Source of the DNA: Callorhinchus milii
Taxonomy: Eukaryota
Direction of reading: 5' to 3'
NCBI RefSeq assembly: GCF_018977255.1
Contig: NW_024704743.1
Coordinates: forward strand, 88,724,001-88,788,000
Length of the DNA stretch: 64,000 nucleotides
Shown here: positions 61,742-64,000 of the stretch, in pieces
How positions within the stretch are numbered: the first letter of the stretch is position 1
How the letters are laid out: every line of letters begins with the position of its first letter
Notes under the pieces: model-generated
Database searches by the model: none
The model's input: only the letters and a program-made list of their open reading frames with translations
Told to the model about the DNA's origin: nothing
Position numbers and translations under genes: made by a program

Positions 61742-62431
61742 AATTCATTGTTATTCCTTTCTCTGCTCTCAAATCTCTCTCTAAAAACTATTGCTTCAAC
61801 TATGTCTTTTGTCACTTCTAAAATACACTCACTTCTTGCTGTCTTCAATAAGCTCTTCAAGCAGCCTTATAAGGCAATTGTGTTATACAAATCTACATTT
61901 CTAATAAACACACTAAACATTAGTAATACATGACAAGTTTAGTGAATTTAGAAAGGACTGTAATGGAATCTAAGACTGCCTAGCTTATGTTTATCGAACA
62001 CCCTCTCAATAGCTTCTTTCTCGATTGCTACAAATTTCAGTTGTACCCAGCTTTGCTCCCTCTGAGCTTATCCTGCAGCCTGCACTGATGACATAGATGT
62101 AAATGATTAGACTCAGACTGATCCTGGCTGCCAGTAAAACACCGGAAAATCGCTCTTCAGCCTCCGCAAAATAAGGATGGAAATAAATCACACCAGCTTC
62201 TTTTATAATTAACAGATTAGTTTCAATTCTAAATGCTATATGGATCTTATAATTTATATATATAAATATATATATATACACATAACCTTTAAAAGTAATA
62301 AGTAAATGTGGAAAAATACAATGTTTTATTGACAATCTATTTTGCTTTTCTTCACAGAACAGAAAACAATCAAACGGGTATACACGTCTATTTTTTTCTT
62401 TATTCCTTGTGTCTTGATGTTCTGATTTTAG

Positions 62432-62625
62432 GGTGTCAGCCTGGCACAGATGGTAGTACTCTCAGCTCAGAGAGTCAGAAGGTTGTGGTTTCAAGCCCCA
62501 TGGCGGTTCTTTAAACTCAGTGTACGCTGACACTCTAACATAGCACCGGGGGAATGCTACAGGCGCTTTCCTTCAAATGAAATGATTAACGAGCTCCTGT
62601 CTGCCTGTTCAGGTAGATGTTATTG
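62432..62625 (+). mobile_element. DeuSINE-like 5' half
   Basis: GTCAGCCTGGCACAGATGGTAG...GAGTCAGAAGGTTGTGGTTTCAAGCCCC. Confidence 0.75.
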
Positions 62626-63384
62626 TCTTTGGAGAGGATGTATGGTGTAAAGGGAGAGAACAGGAAGGGAAACCAACATGTTGTTATTGAAATTGAAAAA
62701 ATACTGAAAATCATCAGAGGCTGTTTGTACTTCGCAGCTTAACTTTTATTTCTTGGTGTTACTAAAATTCCTCATCACTCAGTCTTGCACTGAGACTACT
62801 GCTAGTGACTGCTGTATGGAGTGTGATTGGCAGTAATTGCAGTTTTATAGTCCAGTTGACTGAAGGCAGTAACCTCCAGGTTTTATCAGTAAGCCTGACG
62901 AACTGCCTTTGCAGCTCATGTTTAAACATATTGACATTATGGAAAGACTATCAATTGCCATTTCCCTCAGGCTAAGAGTTACTTCTGCAGGCTATAGCAA
63001 GCAAGATAATAATCCAATAAAAATATATATGGGCACTAAAAAAAAAGTACATAAACATAAACAGTACATAAACATAAACATTTCATTAAAGTTACAGTGA
63101 GTATTAAAATCGACACCAAGAAAACAGAAATAGAAAGTGCCCATTTTTGTAAGGATAGAGCACAATCTAAAAAATTAAAGTCTTCATTGTATCATTTGGT
63201 TTGAAAAGCACATTCCATCATTGCCATAGGACATTGTTATAGGTTCTGGACTCGTTGAACCTCACTGTGGAAGGGGACACAGTCCAATTAAATGAAGAAA
63301 GTGTGGAAGTTTAAAACCTTTGGAGCTTATAGAAATGCAAAAGTTTAAAATGGGATAGCAAAAGGAAACGCAGAACAGTGCTTT

Positions 63385-64000
63385 AGGATCAGGAAGGATA
63401 TATTGACTCTGGAGTGGGTGCAGCGCAGATTCACCAGAATGATACCAGGGCTTAAAAGGTTAAATTATGAAGACAAGCTCCATAAACTTGGTCTCCATTC
63501 CCTTGAGTTTAGATGGTTGAGGGGTGATCTGATTGAGGTTTTCAAAATAATAAAGGGATTCGAAAGGGTAGCTACAGCGAAACTATTTCCTCTGGTGGTG
63601 GAATCTAGAAATTCTCTTTGACCGAGCCTTCAGCTCCCCTCTCGACTCTCTTCCCCCTCCTCACTCCCTCCCTTCCCTCCCCTCACCCTGACCATTTCCC
63701 CCCTGCTCGTGTCCTGACCCAACTGTGCAGCGCCTTGGGACGTCCTCCTGACGTGAAAGGCGCTTTATAAATGGAATCTTGTTGTTGTTGTTGTTGTAGA
63801 ACAAGGGGACATAATCTTAAAATTAGAGCTAAACCATTTAGGAGTGAAATTAGGAGATAGTTTTTTCACACAAAGGGTAGTGGAATCCGGAACTCTCTCC
63901 CCCAAAAGGCTGTGGATGCTGAATCCATTCAAATTTTCAAGACTGAAGTGGATGGATATTTGTTAGGTCAGGGTATCAAACGATATGGGGCAAGGGCAGG
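63385..64000 (+). mobile_element. CR1 3' end interrupted by an L2 tail (63611-63796) with a TAGAA duplication
   Basis: LEWVQRRFTRMIPGL...ESR / TRGHNLKIRA; TAGAA at 63606-63610 and 63797-63801. Confidence 0.92.

Noticed and set aside
2375..63800. CRISPR-like recurring GACGTCCTCCCGACGTGAAAGG repeat
   Set aside because: Dispersed, in both orientations, irregularly spaced and attached to (TTG)n tails, so these are L2 3' ends; no cas genes

Overview
Repeat-dense, AT-rich vertebrate nuclear DNA, most likely from a cartilaginous fish. The SINE and LINE types resemble those I recall from the elephant shark Callorhinchus milii; this is inference, not a database hit. I can identify no intact protein-coding gene, rRNA, CRISPR array or prokaryotic system. 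Most of the recognisable sequence is 5'-truncated L2 and CR1 LINE fragments, tRNA-derived SINEs (a younger tRNA-Ala(UGC)-like family and older DeuSINE-like copies), LF-SINE-like relics, Penelope-like GIY-YIG remnants with degenerate hammerhead cores, a 114-bp TA-flanked mariner-type MITE, and a recurring ~110-bp imperfect palindrome family. Notable structures are: a perfect 36-bp inverted repeat that has overwritten the YADD motif of an L2 reverse transcriptase; a twin-priming-like inverted L2; nested insertions with readable target duplications; inverted SINE pairs; and two strong RFX X-box motifs. Several non-repeat blocks open with + strand splice acceptors and translate as stop-interrupted, protein-like text. 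These may be a decayed large-exon gene or a spliced lncRNA (low confidence). Repeat boundaries are approximate (tens of bp).
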